Source: Chrysochromulina tobinii | Taxonomy: Eukaryota | Length of the DNA: 42,352 nucleotides | NCBI GenBank assembly: GCA_001275005.1 | Contig: JWZX01003022.1 | Location: 1-42,352, forward strand | Direction: 5' to 3' | Position numbers and translations under genes: made by a program | The notes under the pieces: generated by a model | What the model was told of the DNA's origin: nothing | The model's database searches: none | What the model saw: the letters and a program-made list of their open reading frames with translations, nothing else | Part shown: one piece after another, positions 38,359 through 42,352 of the stretch | Numbering within the stretch: position 1 is the first letter of the stretch | Layout: each line of letters opens with the position of its first letter

Positions 38359-41034
38359 TCAGGCCGCGCACTGCTGGGCCACGGGCACGGGCGCTATTGC
38401 AGCTGGTGCCGCTTGCGGATCCGTAGGGGGCTCGGGCACCGTCTTATCTGCCCCAGAGTGTGCGCCGACCTTGTTCGAGACCCAGCGGTTGAAGATGTGG
38501 TCGCCAAGGAGGTGGAAGAGAATGAGCGCGAAGCCGGCCCAACCCAGTGGTTTCACATGTGGGGTGGGGCACTCGGGGCTCGCCGTGGTGCATGCGACAG
38601 TATTGTAATCGCCCGTAATGTCGAGGTCGACATACATGTGCGACTTGGCGAAGAAGAGCATGTAGGAAGAGGCGATGAAGCCGAGTTTGGGCACGAAGAG
38701 GAGGAGCTTCACTAGCAGCGGCATCTTGTCCCAGGTGGTGACGTCTGCGACTAGAGCATTACGCGCGGCAGAAGCAGCGTCAATCGCGGCCACGTCCTTG
38801 TCCTCCTCGTACGCCTCGACGACCGCCTTTTTGACTGGGTCACGAACAGCCTGGGCGATGTAGTACAGGCAAACCAATGAGGCGACGGATGTGACGGCCA
38901 CGTTAAAGATTGTGATCAGCGACATGACGGTGTTCCAGAATGCGCCCCAGATAGACGCGTAGAAGGCCAGGGTGCCCATCGCGACGAAGGGGGCGATCAA
39001 GATGACAATCGGAGAGGTGGCCAACACCGCTGACAAGGTGGTCATCTTGTCACCGCCAGGCATATTGAACAGGACCCCATAGTACACAGACACGGGCCAG
39101 TCAGCAGGGAACGCGCAAAAGATGAGTACCTTTCCGAGCGAGCAGCCCGGTTCCGAGACGACGTATCGCACGGTACGCATCGGCATCGAATTGGGCGCCA
39201 GCATCGAGCGCACTTTCGGATCGGAGCCCATGCACTCGCCAAAGATCTTTTGGCAGAGGACATTCGAGACGAGCTTGACCAGGAAGCACAGAAAGACGGT
39301 CCAAAAGAATGGGCCGATCACGGGCGTCGCCCTGGTGGAGACCTCGCCGTTCCACGCTTTGTCGCACAGCGGAGTGATGAGAACTCCGCCCATCAAATAC
39401 AAGACAGGGCCGGGGAAGGCGGGGTTGAGGAACATGAAGATGCCCAGGGCGAGGAAGATGAAGGAGACGAGGCCCCAGTTGAGCGGCGAGAGCAGCTGAA
39501 TAAAGTAGGCGACGAAGATGTTGGTGAGCATCGGGAAGTAGAGGAAGAACCATCCAAGCCACGCAAAGAGAGTCGCCCACGACAGCACGCTCACCCATCG
39601 CCAGCTCCGGAGCTCAACGACGAGCTCCGTCGCCTCCTCGGTGAGCAGCCAGCCGCGGCTGTTCGGGACCGGAGGGAGCATGCAGCAGGACAGACACTTG
39701 ATCCGTCCGAGGCACGTGCGGAAGAGCTGCTTGACCATGTGCGTGATCAGGTACGGCACAAAGAACAGCAGCCCCATGACGACGACGAGGCCCTTGAGTG
39801 ACTCATATTCGGCGAGGCGTCTTTTGGCTCCAGCTACTGTCGAGGACTTTCTGGCGGCGTTGAGGAACCGTTTCCATCCAATCGTCGACACGATGATGAC
39901 AGTGCTCACCCAGGCGGTCGTGAACATGAGGACGACGAGCGAGTGGAACAGCACCGACGAGTAGGCGTTGAAGGACATGGCGACCCCAAGCATGGTGATG
40001 AGCGTGACCATCCCCCCCTTGACGGCGAGCTCCACCGCATTGTCCTCGTGCTTCTGTATGAACAGGCCGAACCCGTAAAAGATGCCAGCGAAGAGGTAGC
40101 TGCCGAGAGAAGTGATCAGAGGACAACCCCACAGTAGATACGCGACGAGGCAGGTGTCGGTGGTGCTGGTCACATTGAGCGCCGTGACGTTGGGCTCGGA
40201 GAGGTTGAGCGCGACTGCCCCGTTAAACTGAGATTGAGCGCGACGCATGTCGCATCGTAGCGCCCTCGACCACTTTTGCATGTTTGCATCTGTGTACTGG
40301 TTGCCGACCCCGACCCATATAATCCACGCGAGCAGCACCGCGGTCGCCGCCACGGCAAACGAGATCGCAAACACGCGAAAAATGACGTGAGGCAGCTCGT
40401 TGCTCTTCTTGAAGAGGGTCGAGCGCAGGATGGTAGAGGTCAAGGGCATCAGAAGCACCACCGCGGACAGCGCCCACTCCGGCGACTCTTCCGCGCTGAT
40501 CATCGCCGCGAAGAAGATGAGGAACCCAAAGATCGAGAGGCTGGCGAGCAGCAAGCCTCTGCCCACGCGGCCAACCCAATGCTCGGCGTCGAAGAGGTAC
40601 AGAACGAAGAGCAGAAGGGTTGCGGCTGTCTCCGCTCCCCACTCCGCATTCTGGTTATCAATGTTAGAATAAGGCCCAAGCGCATTCAAGACCTCGGTGC
40701 CCCAGCCGATCTCCGAAAAGAGGATGAGCGGGATGAAAGCTACCGCCGTGAGCAAGAGCACCGATACGACCAAATTTAGCGAGAGCGTCGTCGGTGTACT
40801 TACCACGACCTTCGACGGCGGTGCAGCGTCGGGCGGCACAACCTGGGTCATCTTTGGAGTCGGCTTGGACTTTGCGAGGGTCGCTGCGCTAGTGGCCTCA
40901 GGAAGTTCAGCTGATGCCGGACGAGAAAGCTTTGGGGACGCTGCTGGAGAGGCGGACGTAGGGGACGATGCTTGTGCGCTTTCGCTATCACTTACGCGGG
41001 ACTTCCCACCGCTCGCGCCCATAGCTCCGTGCAT
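38359..41034 (-). CDS. Large multi-pass membrane protein with a DedA/VTT-like C-terminal region
   Basis: About 890-aa intronless ORF with many hydrophobic helices; FLNPAFPGPVLYLMGG and PADWPVSV motifs; possible start MGASGGKS at 41022. Confidence 0.75.
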   Translation of the reverse strand: MHGAMGASGGKSRVSDSESAQASSPTSASPAASPKLSRPASAELPEATSAATLAKSKPTPKMTQVVPPDAAPPSKVVVSTPTTLSLNLVVSVLLLTAVAFIPLILFSEIGWGTEVLNALGPYSNIDNQNAEWGAETAATLLLFVLYLFDAEHWVGRVGRGLLLASLSIFGFLIFFAAMISAEESPEWALSAVVLLMPLTSTILRSTLFKKSNELPHVIFRVFAISFAVAATAVLLAWIIWVGVGNQYTDANMQKWSRALRCDMRRAQSQFNGAVALNLSEPNVTALNVTSTTDTCLVAYLLWGCPLITSLGSYLFAGIFYGFGLFIQKHEDNAVELAVKGGMVTLITMLGVAMSFNAYSSVLFHSLVVLMFTTAWVSTVIIVSTIGWKRFLNAARKSSTVAGAKRRLAEYESLKGLVVVMGLLFFVPYLITHMVKQLFRTCLGRIKCLSCCMLPPVPNSRGWLLTEEATELVVELRSWRWVSVLSWATLFAWLGWFFLYFPMLTNIFVAYFIQLLSPLNWGLVSFIFLALGIFMFLNPAFPGPVLYLMGGVLITPLCDKAWNGEVSTRATPVIGPFFWTVFLCFLVKLVSNVLCQKIFGECMGSDPKVRSMLAPNSMPMRTVRYVVSEPGCSLGKVLIFCAFPADWPVSVYYGVLFNMPGGDKMTTLSAVLATSPIVILIAPFVAMGTLAFYASIWGAFWNTVMSLITIFNVAVTSVASLVCLYYIAQAVRDPVKKAVVEAYEEDKDVAAIDAASAARNALVADVTTWDKMPLLVKLLLFVPKLGFIASSYMLFFAKSHMYVDLDITGDYNTVACTTASPECPTPHVKPLGWAGFALILFHLLGDHIFNRWVSNKVGAHSGADKTVPEPPTDPQAAPAAIAPVPVAQQCAA

Positions 41035-41087
41035 GGACGGCGGGTCCAGGGCGACGAGAACCAAACGCCCAGACGTCGTCTACATGT

Positions 41088-41155
41088 ACAAGTCAAGTCA
41101 AGTCAAGGCTTTCGTATGGTTGTCTGGTGTTTCAGTTAGGCTTGATTTGACTTGT
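41088..41155. repeat. CAAGT-repeat inverted pair between divergent genes
   Basis: acaagtcaagtcaagtcaag (41088-41107) and cttgatttgacttgt (41141-41155) are reverse complements over 15 nt with one mismatch. Confidence 0.6.
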
Positions 41156-41369
41156 CCCCCCACACAAACACCTGCGTACGTGGCGTTTTAAAGTGCACAA
41201 CGTCTCGCGGCACCGTGTTCGCGGTCCTGGCAGCACCGACCTTGATAGGCGGGTCCGCAGTGGCACGCTTTTACGAACAAATCTAGTGTCGTCGAAACCA
41301 AAGTTGATATTCCGGCAATCACTCATGTGTGAGTGTGAATGTGTGTCGATGTGACTTGGGGGCCAAGGA

Positions 41370-42242
41370 ATGGTGGGTCGCAAACGAGGCGACGAGCAGG
41401 GCGACAAGGTCAGTGCGCAAGTGCTGGAGTTCCAAGAGCAGCTGCAGCAACGGCAGCAGCAGCCATCTGCGCCGCCCGCAGGGACGACCGTGGCCTCGCG
41501 CGGCTTTGTGCCTCGCACCGATGCAACAGATCGAGAAAAGGCGGAAGCCAAGTCAAACTACGATGCCTCGCTGGTGCTCAAGGTGACAGAAGACGATCCC
41601 CAGGTTCGCATCTACAATGACTACGCTAGAGGTGCGAACACGACCGCAGATGGCGTCAACACGAAACGTGGCCTCGGCGCCAGCGAGGGTGGCTTCAGCA
41701 TCCAGCCGGCAAAGCGTTTCATGACCTTTGTGTCTGCCGGCGGCGCGCCGGCTGTCACCGCGGCCTCGACCGGCACCCCGGCAGAGCCTGCCCAGCCCTC
41801 TGCGTGTGCTGCTGCCGCGGGCCCGTCGAGTAGTCTCAGCGGTTTGAGCGCGCACCAGCCGCAACCCTTGGCGACAGACTTGTCGGGCGCGGATTCCCAC
41901 GCCGCCACGGCCGCCACAGCCGGTGCATTGGGCCTGCCGCCAGGCTGGACGGTCGGCACCGACCCTGCCAGCGGCTACCCTTACTATGCCAACCTGGCTA
42001 CCGGCCAAACTCAGTGGACGCCTCCTGCCACAACGCCGCCGCCGCCGCCGCCGCCGCCACCGCCACCGCCAGCTCCGCCGTTGCCGCCTGGATGGACCGC
42101 CGCTACGGACCCGAGCAGCGGCCGACCATACTACTACCATCAGGCAAGCGGCACGACCCAATGGGAGACGCCGCCTAGCTATCCTAGTTACCCTAGTTAC
42201 CCGAGCTATCTCGCCATTCCAGGCAACGACGCGTCTCGTTGA
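41370..42242 (+). CDS. Two-WW-domain, proline-rich protein
   Basis: LPPGWTVGTDPASGYPYYANLATGQTQWTPP and LPPGWTAATDPSSGRPYYYHQASGTTQWETP separated by polyproline. Confidence 0.9.
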   Translation: MVGRKRGDEQGDKVSAQVLEFQEQLQQRQQQPSAPPAGTTVASRGFVPRTDATDREKAEAKSNYDASLVLKVTEDDPQVRIYNDYARGANTTADGVNTKRGLGASEGGFSIQPAKRFMTFVSAGGAPAVTAASTGTPAEPAQPSACAAAAGPSSSLSGLSAHQPQPLATDLSGADSHAATAATAGALGLPPGWTVGTDPASGYPYYANLATGQTQWTPPATTPPPPPPPPPPPPAPPLPPGWTAATDPSSGRPYYYHQASGTTQWETPPSYPSYPSYPSYLAIPGNDASR

Positions 42243-42352
42243 CCGGGATGCCGTCGCGGTCATGCCCATACCACACACAATGCTTGTTCTCAGCACTGAG
42301 TGCCCTGAAATACACCAGCACTGAGTGCCAAATGCTTTACTTGTTGAGTGCA

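Noticed and set aside
42291..42329. cagcactgagtgcc repeated twice at the window end
   Set aside because: Too short and too close to the window edge to interpret.

Overview
GC-rich, gene-dense eukaryotic nuclear DNA with short GT-AG introns. Gene content and intron style suggest a haptophyte or similar microalga, but that is an inference. About 17 protein-coding genes can be supported: the 3' part of a SNF2/Rad5-like helicase, a 10-exon Nma111/DEG7-type serine protease, an EF-hand/11-mer repeat protein, a RIG-I-CTD-like zinc domain protein followed by a broken PARP-like fragment, a DUF2087-like/SET protein, a SUMF2-like protein, a large TM-PDZ-LRR-EF-hand protein, a LamG/cadherin-like membrane protein, a BAR/PH protein, an alpha/beta hydrolase, a GT31-like glycosyltransferase, a RING protein, HscB/Jac1, a twin CX9C protein, a WW protein and several hypotheticals. 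The most striking signal is a family of short inserts made of a 10-bp tandem unit (CTGATTGCCT/CTGATGGCCT-like) that usually ends in CCCTCATCAG. Many are flanked by variable-length (about 5-45 bp) duplications of host sequence. They form many of the introns here, take their splice sites from the duplication, the insert or both, and also occur as a non-intronic 3'UTR insertion and as a nested re-insertion. This looks like an intron-generating, repeat-adding system. All gene models were read by eye and none is transcript-verified.
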